A stretch of DNA of 64,000 nucleotides from Fibrobacteria bacterium. GTDB taxonomy: Bacteria > Fibrobacterota > Chitinivibrionia > Chitinivibrionales > FEN-1185. The notes under the pieces are model-generated. The model was given only the letters and a program-made list of their open reading frames with translations, had not been told where the DNA came from and ran no database searches. Each line of letters starts with the position of its first letter. Positions within the stretch are counted from its first letter, which is position 1. Shown here piece after piece: positions 37,928 to 47,251 of the stretch. Made by a program: the position numbers and the translations under genes. The stretch lies in assembly GCA_037447435.1 (NCBI GenBank), contig JBBIGR010000002.1:183441-247440 (forward strand), in the 5' to 3' direction.

Positions 37928-40702
37928 TCACTTATGTTTTCGGATGAAATTCCGCAAATTCGAAATTTGCAAGAGTTCCCACGACGGGCCGGGCAGGGTT
38001 TCTTCGAGGTTGACCAAGTACATTTCCGCGATTTCCCACTGCTGCGATTGAATCGCCTTTTGCGCGAAGAAGAGCTGATAGCCGATATCGTCTTCTCCCG
38101 GATACATGGAATTCCAGAATTCCCGCAGCTCGTCGTCGGAAACCATTCCCAAATAATATTTCGCGATCATACGCGGCACGATGAAGGGATGATTGTTTTT
38201 TACGACGTCGTCGAAAATCGCCCTGGGTTTTTCTTCACTTGAGGTAAATTGCGCCAGTTCGCCCATTTTTAACCGGGCAAACCACTTGGTGGACAGCGAT
38301 TGCGGACAATCGTCGAAAATTTTCCGATACGTCGTAATCGCATCCGTAAGGTTGGCGTCGTATCGGTAAATCGCGGCAAGTTCCATCCAGGCCTGCCAAA
38401 GCGCCTCGGACGGTACATACGAGGCGATGCATTGATTCAGCAGGTCTATGGCCTGATTTTTTTGCACTTTCGCCAAATACAATCTGGCCAAGTTGACCCG
38501 GGCTTGGGATAGTATTTCATTGTCCGCGGCATGCAGTTTGACAATGGTTTGCCCGACGTCTATCGCCGCGTCAACTTCCTCGTTGTCCTGATAGCCGTTC
38601 ATGATTTGCAAATGCACTTTTCCCAAAAACCTGGAGAATTTCGGATACGTTTCCGTCATGTACACAATTTTGTTCTGCGCGACCTGCTGCTGATTGCGTG
38701 CCAAAAGGTCAAGAGACTTTTGCGCCATGCAAATCATTGCTGCGGAAAAAACCGGATGAATGCTCGACGCATTGCCGATGGCGAAATACGCGCTGTCGGC
38801 CGAGGACGATTCATGCATGCGGTCAAGAAGCACGGCTTTTAAAAACAGTTTTTTAAACTCCGTGTTCTGGTCCACGTTTTTGAGCGCATCGTCGCCAAGC
38901 GTTTGTTTCGCTTTATCGTACCGGCCAAGGCGAATCCAGCATTCAGCTATACGAGTAAGAATTTCCTTCGATATGGGAGACGAGGGAAAATCGAGCATCA
39001 GTTCCCGATATTCGTCTATTGCCGACGAAAAATCGCCGCGTTCCAATAAGCGGTCGGCGATGAGCGTCGGGGACGGCAATTCGGGTATCGCATACCGGTA
39101 CACCTGGACATTGTTGATCGCGCATTTCGAACCGTTCACAAAGAAACCAAGCCCCTGATGGTCCTTGCCGATCGGCGGAAACAGGTCGCTTACTTTAGAA
39201 ATGAGAATATCGTTGATTTTGAACGAAACGACATTTTCCTTTCTTTCCACCGATACGTGGAAACGTTTTAACGGCGGCAAAGAAAGGGTATTGTACTCGG
39301 AGAATAAAAACGATTGTCCCGGCATCGTCAAACCGCATTCGGCATTAGGCCCTCTGAATAAATGAAAACCGTATCCCGAATCGGGTTCGTTGCCGTATAA
39401 GAAAAAAGAAAAGTTGTAAAAGCTGTTGTCCAGAGTGCGCACGTCGAATTCGACCCGCGCGTCGCGGGTTATCGGCCTGTCGAGCCGGACAAACGACGGT
39501 CCGGCCGGCGAATTAAGCTCGCCGTTTTTTACCACCCAGCCCGACACCTTGTCGGATTGGCCCGGATACTGCGACCATTCGTCGCCGATGGCAATCCCGT
39601 TGAAATGTTTCGTGTACATGAGCTGCCAATACGGTTTTTCCTTTTTACTTTGCACATACGATGAATAAATCAAAAAAGCGCAGAACAGCGCGATGAGCGC
39701 CGATATCGCCAGCGCTGGCCAATGCCTGCGGACAAGATGCCTTGCCTTTGAAAGAATGGACGGCGGATTCGCCAGTACCTGCTCGCCCTTTTGATATCTT
39801 CGTATGTCAAGAGCCAGTTCCTCCATGGTCTGATACCGGCCTTCGGGTTCCTTATGCATGGCCTTCAGGGTAATGGCCTCTATTTCGACCGGAAGCCACA
39901 TGACGAGTTTTCGCGGCGGAATGGGATTTGCTTCGATCACGTTCATGGTGGTTTGATGGATCGAACGCGGATCGAGGTAGGGATTTTTAAATGTCAACAT
40001 TTCGTACAGCATGATCCCCACGGAACAAATGTCGCTTCGGGCATCGGAGCTTTTGCCGAACAATCGTTCCGGCGCCATGTATGCGGGCGACCCCATGATT
40101 TCGCCGGTTTTCGTCAGGGTCCCTTCATCGCTTTCCAATGCCTTGGCAAGACCGAAATCGATGAGCACCGGCGTTGTCGGATCGCGCATAATCACGTTAT
40201 TGAGCTTGAGGTCCCGATGCACGATTTTCTGATGATGCGCGTACGAAAGCGCATCGGCAAGTTTTGCCGTGATTTCGAGCACGTCGATGAGTTTTGGTTT
40301 CTGGAAATTAAGGTAATAATAAAGATTGACGCCCGGGATGTAATCCATTGCTAAAAAGTAAACGTTATTTTCCACCGCGACTTCGTGGATGTTGACGATA
40401 TTGGGGTGATTGAGTTTTGCGACCGCATGCGCTTCGGATAAAAACCTGTCCACGAACCGCCGGTTTATGGTGATGTTTGCCGGTAAAACCTTGAGCGCGA
40501 CTTCACGGTCCAGATCGAGCTGCAAGGCTTTGTATACCACTGCCATGCCGCCCCGGTCGATTTCCTCGATTATCCTGTATTTGCCGATGGTCGACCCGAT
40601 GGACAAATAGGTCCGTTCCAGCGTGGGCATCAGGTTATGGACCTTGAGCTTGCCTTTGTCAAGAGATTTTATCAGCGATCTGGTGGTATCGTCTTCAGCC
40701 AT
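37928..40702 (-). CDS. Membrane-anchored Hanks-type Ser/Thr kinase with ConA-like domain and TPRs
   Basis: VALKVL, HRDLK, DFGLAK, GSPAYMAPE; TM helix ALAISALIALFCAFLIY; beta-sandwich; TPR-like helices. Confidence 0.9.
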   Translation of the reverse strand: MAEDDTTRSLIKSLDKGKLKVHNLMPTLERTYLSIGSTIGKYRIIEEIDRGGMAVVYKALQLDLDREVALKVLPANITINRRFVDRFLSEAHAVAKLNHPNIVNIHEVAVENNVYFLAMDYIPGVNLYYYLNFQKPKLIDVLEITAKLADALSYAHHQKIVHRDLKLNNVIMRDPTTPVLIDFGLAKALESDEGTLTKTGEIMGSPAYMAPERLFGKSSDARSDICSVGIMLYEMLTFKNPYLDPRSIHQTTMNVIEANPIPPRKLVMWLPVEIEAITLKAMHKEPEGRYQTMEELALDIRRYQKGEQVLANPPSILSKARHLVRRHWPALAISALIALFCAFLIYSSYVQSKKEKPYWQLMYTKHFNGIAIGDEWSQYPGQSDKVSGWVVKNGELNSPAGPSFVRLDRPITRDARVEFDVRTLDNSFYNFSFFLYGNEPDSGYGFHLFRGPNAECGLTMPGQSFLFSEYNTLSLPPLKRFHVSVERKENVVSFKINDILISKVSDLFPPIGKDHQGLGFFVNGSKCAINNVQVYRYAIPELPSPTLIADRLLERGDFSSAIDEYRELMLDFPSSPISKEILTRIAECWIRLGRYDKAKQTLGDDALKNVDQNTEFKKLFLKAVLLDRMHESSSADSAYFAIGNASSIHPVFSAAMICMAQKSLDLLARNQQQVAQNKIVYMTETYPKFSRFLGKVHLQIMNGYQDNEEVDAAIDVGQTIVKLHAADNEILSQARVNLARLYLAKVQKNQAIDLLNQCIASYVPSEALWQAWMELAAIYRYDANLTDAITTYRKIFDDCPQSLSTKWFARLKMGELAQFTSSEEKPRAIFDDVVKNNHPFIVPRMIAKYYLGMVSDDELREFWNSMYPGEDDIGYQLFFAQKAIQSQQWEIAEMYLVNLEETLPGPSWELLQISNLRNFIRKHK

Positions 40703-40831
40703 ACGAACCTGTTTTCGGCAGTTTATCCGATTAAATTACGAAAGGTATTTTTGTTCGGCCTATTAAAATTATGACTTAATTGTACTACGACGCAAAGAAA
40801 AATGCCCGATTTATTTAACGAAAAGAACAAT

Positions 40832-40855
40832 CGGGGCGAATGGATATTCGCCCCG
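40832..40855. terminator. Hairpin downstream of the 40866 gene (terminator or REP-like)
   Basis: cggggcgaat-ggat-attcgccccg with T-rich tail on the minus strand. Confidence 0.55.
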
Positions 40856-40865
40856 TAAAATCGGA

Positions 40866-41693
40866 TCAGCGAAATCCGCGTACGAGGACTATTCCCGTGC
40901 CCGCAGAGCGGGGAACGGAAATTTCCGCGTTTGCCGGTTCATTTCCCCGTTTCCATTGGCCCAGCTTTGTGCCGTTTATGGAAAAAAACTCCATGCTGTT
41001 GTATCCTTTGGCTTTCACTTTTTCCAGTGGTATGAGCGTTTGTGAAAATGAAGAAGGAAATGTTTTCGTCATTGCATGATTTTGGTTTCCCTGTACGACG
41101 GTCACCGGGTCGTCGCCCCAAATCTGCACTTCGGTAAAAGCGCACCATTTTGCGGGATTGCTCGCGACAAGATTTGTAAATGTCACGGAACTGGTTTTGA
41201 CTTTGGTGATGGTAATGGTTTGGCCTTTTGCCGTTGAGTCTATTTTTATGTTCTGCTTGCTGCTGTCCGAAAAAGCAAGCGTCGCGGATTTCCAATAACT
41301 ATCGTGCGGTGCAGGTGACGTAGAAGTCCAATCGGCCCTGAGCCAAATCACCAGTTTGTCAATTTCCAATTGTTTGCCGAATTCCACGCGCCAATACAGT
41401 CCCGGAACATTTAAATTAGGTCCCCACGACGCGTATTGCATTGATCCGTGCGAAGAATTGAGCGTGTCGCCGTTGATTGCATTCAATGCATAAAAAACAT
41501 CCTGGGCAGTTCCGCCGGGAAAGGGATATTCGCTATTTGACGAGGCATGAGGATAACCTTTGCTCGCGTTCCAAACATCCATATGAACGTCGTTTTTATT
41601 CAAGGCAACGTTGCGATACGCCGCCTCGCCCGACGAAATTAAAACCCCCACACCAATCAAAGAAACCAAAAAAACTCTCAGAATCCCAACCAT
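40866..41693 (-). CDS. Secreted galactose-binding-like (discoidin-type) carbohydrate-binding protein with CTD-like tail
   Basis: Signal peptide from MVGILRVF (GGGGGG RBS); NAINGD, WRVEFGK..EIDKLVIWLR, FTEVQIWG; tail FFSINGTK...GIVLVR. Confidence 0.7.
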   Translation of the reverse strand: MVGILRVFLVSLIGVGVLISSGEAAYRNVALNKNDVHMDVWNASKGYPHASSNSEYPFPGGTAQDVFYALNAINGDTLNSSHGSMQYASWGPNLNVPGLYWRVEFGKQLEIDKLVIWLRADWTSTSPAPHDSYWKSATLAFSDSSKQNIKIDSTAKGQTITITKVKTSSVTFTNLVASNPAKWCAFTEVQIWGDDPVTVVQGNQNHAMTKTFPSSFSQTLIPLEKVKAKGYNSMEFFSINGTKLGQWKRGNEPANAEISVPRSAGTGIVLVRGFR

Positions 41694-41872
41694 GTAGCCC
41701 CCCAAACTTAAACGTTTTAAATTCCCCAAACACCTCTCTATAAAGATACTGTGTTTTTTAAAAACAATAGTAAAAATAACTGGGGCAAGGGATAAAATGA
41801 AAAATCCAATACCATATATATAAGAAGTTATTATCATCGGAATTGGAATTATGTTCGGATTATTTGGAATGG

Positions 41873-41902
41873 CGTAGAGACGTAGCGTATTACGTCTCTA
41901 CG
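41873..41902. repeat. GTAG-type REP-like palindrome
   Basis: cgtagagacgta-gcgtat-tacgtctctacg. Confidence 0.7.
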
Positions 41903-42440
41903 GATGCGTGTTGGTTTTTCCCGGTTTGGAAATCGGTTGGCAATTGTCATTCCATATTTTAATCGTACCAAAATTGCGTTCGTATGTCATGAAAGGATTT
42001 TTTTTCCGCGATAAATAGCTCCGCATTATCGTTATTGATAAAAATCGCGCAAAAAAACACAAAAACAATTTTGCGGACGCGAGATCTATGCCAGTTTTAT
42101 TCAAAAACATTATTGGGGTTTGCGAAATCTGTACAATTCTAAGCAAAAAAAATCTTGCGGACAATAAAATTGCGATATTATTTGCCAAACCCTTCTTGTA
42201 TATGGAAAAATTCGCCCAAAAAAAGGCTTAAAAAAATTTTTTTAGTGATTCATGCTACGTTTTTATGCATCAAAAAGTTTTTTACGCATTTTATGCTGGA
42301 AAAGTAGGCTTAAAAAGTTTGTTGGAGGAGTTTTTTGCGAGAAATTCGGAGCAAAAAAGAATTAGTAAAGAATTAAGGTGAAGGTTTATCGGCCAATTTA
42401 TATTCTTATTAGTAAGACGAAAACCAACAAGGAAAACTTT

Positions 42441-42692
42441 ATGCGTGCCAATGAAGATACAACCCGTAAGGGGAATTCCATTGATGAATTTGAGGATTTA
42501 CTCAACAATGCCAGGAAACAAGCACGTAAGACCGGTTTAAAAATGAGCGATATCGGCAAAGCAATAAAAAGGGTAAGAAAAAAACAAAGGAAAGTGATTC
42601 TTGTTACCAAGGTGCTGGTTTCCGGAATAGCTGCAAACAATACTATTTTGGGTTTCCCCGAGTATTTTGATGCCTTCCATACAGAATTTTAA
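42441..42692 (+). pseudogene. Relic of an antitoxin/PIN-toxin module
   Basis: SIDEFEDLLNNARKQARKTGLKMSDIGKAIKRVR resembles an AbrB-type antitoxin C-terminus; it is followed by RKVILVTKVLVSGI, a decayed MKVILDTNVLVSG. Confidence 0.55.
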
Positions 42693-42928
42693 GGCTTTCA
42701 CAATAACTTTTCCCATTTCCATGCCGAATTTATAAAGAGACAATATATCTCGCTCTCTTTACATTAAAGTATTCCATATATTCATGATTAATTTAAAATC
42801 CTCCGCGATTAGTTTCTTATTCATTTATATGCACGGCAAATATTCATTTCGCCCCATCTCTTTCGCCACGATGGCATGTTAATCGTTTTTTTCTGTTTTT
42901 CATAACATATTGGTAATGCGAAAGTTAT

Positions 42929-43015
42929 GGTGTAATCAAGTGTTGATTACACCTAAGATTGACATAATAGTATTTAATGAATTATTTGACATTTAAGGTA
43001 GTGGAAGATGATATT
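42929..43015 (+). promoter_or_regulatory. Inverted repeat plus sigma70-like promoter upstream of tcmP
   Basis: ggtgtaatcaa-gtg-ttgattacacc (42929-42953); TTGACA at 42959 and 42986; TTGACA-N18-GATATT. Confidence 0.45.
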
Positions 43016-43062
43016 AAGAATGGGACGGGCGAAAAGAGATAATGCAACTTAGGAAATTTCCG

Positions 43063-44199
43063 ATGGCAGATTTTCACTCAAAAGGTTTTGACGACGCAAC
43101 TAAAGTCAAACTCGATATCTTTAGAGGATACGTTCGGGAATGGCTTAGCGTTTTCATGACACGCCCAAAGTATGCAAATGAAGATTTTCAAGCCAAACTG
43201 AGTATATTTGATTTCTTTTCAGGCCCGGGTTATGACAGCAATAAAAATCCCGGCTCTCCTATAATCATCACTGATGAAATAAGCAGCTATTGCAGATCAA
43301 GAGAAGACTTTCGGGCAGCAATACAATGTGATCTGTTTTTCAACGATACAAATGAGGACCATATTACTAGCCTCAAACAGAATATTGAATTAATTGCGTG
43401 TGGTAAGCCCTGCTGCAAATATCACTATTCTTCGGAACACTTTCGTGAGATATTTCAGAAATGTTTGCCGATTCTTAAAGACAGCAATTCTGCAAAACTA
43501 GTAATAATGGACCAATTCGGCGTGAAAGAAGTTACACCGAATATTCTTAAGTTTCTTGCTGCATGCAATAAAACTGACGTGTTGTTTTTCATCTCATCAT
43601 CTTTTGTGAAACGATTCATTGAAACCCCTGAAATTGGAAGCAAATTCAATTTGGATATATCTGTAGTAAAGAATGCTGAATATAATGCAATACATCGTTT
43701 AATGTGCAATCACTTCCGCGATGAAATTAATTCCGAAAACTACTACTTGGCCCCGTTCTCTTTAAAAAAGGGAGCAAATATATACGGAATCATATTCGGC
43801 TCATCAAGCCTTTACGGGCTGGGAAAGTTTCTTCAGGTATGCTGGAATATTGATGGTCAGACTGGTGAAGCAAATTATAGTATAGAAGATGAGAAATATT
43901 GGCACGGCCAGCAGTCATTGTTTCCAGAAGAGAACTCAATTAAGAAAATCGATTTATTCAAAAATGAACTTCTTGACTTTTTTACTGAGGCAAAGACAAA
44001 TATTGAAACATACCGCTTTGCTCTTCTTAAAGGGTTTCCTCCAACCAAAGCAAATGAAATCCTTCGTGAACTGCAATCTGATAATTTAATTGAAACGAAG
44101 ACGATATCCGAGAATATTCCCGGAAGAAAAAGCAGTTTTTATCTCGGCCACAGCTATTTTACCGAAATACCCAAAATCAACATAAAGGCTATTAAATGA
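43063..44199 (+). CDS. tcmP: Three-Cys-motif partner protein (SAM-methyltransferase-like fold, likely C-terminal wHTH)
   Basis: TKVKLDIF..YVREW, FDFFSGPG, GSP, LVIMDQFG; overlaps a DUF5131 gene; start 43063 after AGGA (alternative 43042). Confidence 0.85.
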   Translation: MADFHSKGFDDATKVKLDIFRGYVREWLSVFMTRPKYANEDFQAKLSIFDFFSGPGYDSNKNPGSPIIITDEISSYCRSREDFRAAIQCDLFFNDTNEDHITSLKQNIELIACGKPCCKYHYSSEHFREIFQKCLPILKDSNSAKLVIMDQFGVKEVTPNILKFLAACNKTDVLFFISSSFVKRFIETPEIGSKFNLDISVVKNAEYNAIHRLMCNHFRDEINSENYYLAPFSLKKGANIYGIIFGSSSLYGLGKFLQVCWNIDGQTGEANYSIEDEKYWHGQQSLFPEENSIKKIDLFKNELLDFFTEAKTNIETYRFALLKGFPPTKANEILRELQSDNLIETKTISENIPGRKSSFYLGHSYFTEIPKINIKAIK

Positions 44200-44906
44200 A
44201 TAAAACCAAAATTGAATGGACTGATACAACTTGGAATCCAATTACCGGCTGCACAAAGCATTCAGCCGGATGTCTGAATTGTTACGCCGAAAGAATGGCC
44301 AAACGCTTGCGAGCAATGGGTGCAGAAGCATATCAGCTAGGTTTCACACCGGTTTTCCACGAGCAACTTCTGGAAAAACCTCTTTCATGGAAAAAATCAC
44401 GAATGATTTTTGTGAATTCTATGAGCGATACCTTTCATGAAAATATTACGGACGAACAAATTCTGAGACTCTTTGCGGTAATGAACAAGGCACGGTGGCA
44501 CACATTTCAGGTTCTTACCAAGAGATCTGAAAGATTGTTGAAACTATCTCATAAAATCAAATGGACACCCAATATCTGGCAGGGCGTTACCGTCGAGCAA
44601 AGCGCTACTCGTTCACGAATTGAAGATTTACGACTTGTAGGATCACATACAAAATTCCTTTCTATTGAGCCGCTTATCGGGCCTATCACCGGGTTAAATC
44701 TTACGGGTATAGACTGGGTTATTGTCGGCGGTGAATCTGGTCCGGGCGCAAGACCGATGAAAAAAGAATGGGTGACTTCAATTCGTGATGTTTGCGTCAA
44801 GACCAAGACTCCATTCTTCTTTAAGCAATGGGGCGGTGTACGGAAAAAAGAGAATGGTCGAGTTCTTGAAAACAGAATATGGGATGAAATGCCAGCGATT
44901 TACTGA
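44196..44906 (+). CDS. DUF5131 / phage Gp37-Gp68 family protein (three-Cys Fe-S motif)
   Basis: IEWTDTTWNPITGCTKHSAGCLNCYA, FVNSMSD.FH, FQVLTKR, FLSIEPL, WVIVGGESG..ARPM, FFFKQWGG. Confidence 0.93.
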   Translation: MNKTKIEWTDTTWNPITGCTKHSAGCLNCYAERMAKRLRAMGAEAYQLGFTPVFHEQLLEKPLSWKKSRMIFVNSMSDTFHENITDEQILRLFAVMNKARWHTFQVLTKRSERLLKLSHKIKWTPNIWQGVTVEQSATRSRIEDLRLVGSHTKFLSIEPLIGPITGLNLTGIDWVIVGGESGPGARPMKKEWVTSIRDVCVKTKTPFFFKQWGGVRKKENGRVLENRIWDEMPAIY

Positions 44907-44994
44907 TCCGCCTGCACTATCGAACAACAGGTTAAACAGTACTGAAACAGTCGATGTTTCGCTCAATGTTGCTCATGAAGAAAAAAAATAAATA

Positions 44995-45168
44995 ATGACA
45001 AAAAAATATGTTTACGAGGTTAGGGAAATCACAATCGGAGGGGAATATTCCTTTGATAGAGTGGACTCCGAATATGTATTTAGTACATTACGCAAAGCGA
45101 CTAATTTTGTTAAAAAACTCTCAAAGAGATATTCCTCTTTGCATTTTTTCATGACTAAACAGCCATGA
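44995..45168 (+). CDS. Possible short or truncated ORF (57 aa) at the islet boundary
   Basis: ATG at 44995 reads MTKKYVYEVREITIGGEYSF... to TGA at 45166-45168, running into the 3' end of the pseudouridine synthase gene. Confidence 0.3.
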   Translation: MTKKYVYEVREITIGGEYSFDRVDSEYVFSTLRKATNFVKKLSKRYSSLHFFMTKQP

Positions 45169-46120
45169 CCTTTGAAAATTCATCGGGCAGGGGCACGGTG
45201 ATGGTGATGTTTTTGCCGTGGAGCGGGTGTTCGAAGGAAAGCAGACTTGCGTGAAGATATAATCTTTTGTTAATACCGGCATGTTTGAACAGCTCGGCAT
45301 CGAGCGCGGGATTTCCGTACCGCATGTCCCCGAGAACGGGGCATCCGATATGCGCCATATGCACCCTGATCTGATGGGTGCGGCCGGTAAAAAGTTCAAG
45401 TTTCATTTTTGAAACAAGAGCGGTGGATTGCAATACCGTAAACGCGGTCTTGGAGTGCATGCCCTCTTCTTCCACGCTCATTTTGGTGCCTGCATTCACC
45501 TCCAGCATTTTGGCCAAATTGACTTCCACAACCCCTTTGGCGGTTTTGGGCTTGCCGTGGCATAGCGCCACGTATTGTTTCGTCATTTCGTGGCCGCGCA
45601 GGCTTTCATGCAGCTTCCTGACGATTCCCTTGTTTTTTGCGATAAGAATAATGCCCGAAGTATCGCGGTCGAGCCGATGCACCAATACCGGATCGGCATC
45701 CTTGTTTTTTGCCGCGTTCATCGCGATATAGCATTTGACAAGATCGATGAGCGTGGCGCCCGAAACATGGTTCGTGCCCGGATGCACGACGAGATGCGGC
45801 GGCTTGTCGCAGGCGAGAATCGCCTCGTCTTCGTAGATTATTTTAAGGTTTCTGCGATAAAAATCGGTTTTTTCGAGGCCGATTTGCGCGCCGGTGTCCG
45901 GGGCCTTGCCTGCGGCAAGTTCCGATTCGTCTATCCTGATTTCAAGAACGTCGCCGAGGACGACCCGATGGTTTTCTTTTACCCTTTTGCCGTTTACCCG
46001 TACAAATCCGGTGCGGATCATCCGGTAAATATCGGACAATGTTTTAAGAGGAAACTTCTTTCGGAGCAACCTGTCGAGCCGTGCTGCCGCTTCGTTTTCC
46101 GTAATCGGTATTGTTACCAT
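45155..46120 (-). CDS. RluA-family pseudouridine synthase with S4 domain (RluC/RluD-like)
   Basis: RLDRLL S4 domain; KPPHLVVHP, HRLDRDTSG, TGRTHQIRVH, LGDMRYG, LYLHA. Confidence 0.93.
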   Translation of the reverse strand: MVTIPITENEAAARLDRLLRKKFPLKTLSDIYRMIRTGFVRVNGKRVKENHRVVLGDVLEIRIDESELAAGKAPDTGAQIGLEKTDFYRRNLKIIYEDEAILACDKPPHLVVHPGTNHVSGATLIDLVKCYIAMNAAKNKDADPVLVHRLDRDTSGIILIAKNKGIVRKLHESLRGHEMTKQYVALCHGKPKTAKGVVEVNLAKMLEVNAGTKMSVEEEGMHSKTAFTVLQSTALVSKMKLELFTGRTHQIRVHMAHIGCPVLGDMRYGNPALDAELFKHAGINKRLYLHASLLSFEHPLHGKNITITVPLPDEFSKVMAV

Positions 46121-46159
46121 ATAGTGCTAAAATACGATGTCGCGGGAAGGTGAATAAAA

Positions 46160-46191
46160 CAAAAGGACGTTCTTGCGGAAACGTCCTTTTG
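46160..46191 (-). terminator. Terminator downstream of prs
   Basis: caaaaggacgtt-N8-aacgtccttttg with T tract on the minus strand. Confidence 0.7.
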
Positions 46192-46212
46192 AACAAGCAA
46201 ACTAGTTGCGTT

Positions 46213-47160
46213 TTAAATTTTGCCGAACAAACCGCTGATCGAACTGCCGCTATTGCTGCATTCGATCGCCTTGGCAAACAACGGCGCGACGGACAGCACG
46301 ACAAGTTTTGGAAATTTCTTTTCTTTTGGAATTGTGACGGTATCGGTAACGACCAGCCTGGTAAGGGAAGAGGCTTTGAGACGTTCGATCGCCTTGCCGG
46401 ACAACACGCCGTGCACGCAGGCCGCCTGGATTTCCTTGACGCCAAGCGATTCGAGCGCCTTGATAACTTCGAGTATCGATCCGCCGGTCGCGATTTCGTC
46501 ATCGAATATCAATGCCCTTTTGCCTTTGACTTCGCCGATAACGTGGTGGATTTGCGCGTTTTCGGAATCGTCGTTGCGGCGTTTATCGAGAATAGCCAGC
46601 GGCAAGCCCAAACTGATGGCGTAATGACCGGCGCGTTTTGCGCTACCGGCATCGGGCGCGACAACCACGCAATTTTTGATACCGACTTTTTTATAATAAT
46701 CGCATAGCAGTTTTCCTGCGAGCAAATGGTCGACCGGTACCCTGAAAAACCCGGCAATCTGCGGGGAATGCAGGTTCATGGTCATGACCCTGTCCGCACC
46801 CGCGGTTTCCAGCAAATCGGCAATGAGCCTTGCGGTAATGGAAATACGCGGCTCGTCTTTTTTGTCGCTCCGGGCATAGGGATAATACGGAAGCACCGCA
46901 GTGATACTATCGGCCTTCGCATGTTTGATGGCATCGATCATGATAAGCAATTCCATGATATTTTCATTGACAGGCGAACAGGACGACTGGATAACGTATA
47001 CGTCTTTGCCGCGGACGCTTTCCAATATGCGTACCTTGATGTTTTCGTTGGAAAACTTGACGATTTCGCATTTACCAAGAGAAATCCCCGTTTGTTTGCA
47101 AATACTTTTCGCAAGTTCGGGATTCGAGCTGCCGCTGAAAATCTTCAATGTGCTTTTCAT
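46213..47160 (-). CDS. prs: Ribose-phosphate pyrophosphokinase
   Basis: PYYPYARSDKK, LHSPQI.GFF, VVAPDAG, DDEIATGGS, VTDTV. Confidence 0.95.
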   Translation of the reverse strand: MKSTLKIFSGSSNPELAKSICKQTGISLGKCEIVKFSNENIKVRILESVRGKDVYVIQSSCSPVNENIMELLIMIDAIKHAKADSITAVLPYYPYARSDKKDEPRISITARLIADLLETAGADRVMTMNLHSPQIAGFFRVPVDHLLAGKLLCDYYKKVGIKNCVVVAPDAGSAKRAGHYAISLGLPLAILDKRRNDDSENAQIHHVIGEVKGKRALIFDDEIATGGSILEVIKALESLGVKEIQAACVHGVLSGKAIERLKASSLTRLVVTDTVTIPKEKKFPKLVVLSVAPLFAKAIECSNSGSSISGLFGKI

Positions 47161-47251
47161 GACTCTCTCTTTTCTTTAAAAAAGTGCCTGGGAAGAGCTA
47201 AAAATAATTTCAGCACGAAACGAGGGTTAAAAATCGATGGGATAATTGAAT

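Noticed and set aside
41694..41837. Upstream extension of the 40866 gene
   Set aside because: The signal peptide and G-rich RBS point to ATG 41693. ORF-track extensions of rfbB (1028), the SDR (15115), OmpA (30460), DUF362 (34720) and the coiled-coil gene (58920) were trimmed for similar reasons.
41900..42370. AT-rich A/T-tract region as a replication origin or ncRNA
   Set aside because: No DnaA boxes or recognisable RNA structure seen. The 96-aa minus ORF there looks like low-complexity noise.
44918..44976. attC-like start (tcgaacaacaggttaaac) after DUF5131, and cataac...gttatg at 42901-42929
   Set aside because: No complementary closing arm at a suitable distance, the second pair is too short, and no integrase is present.
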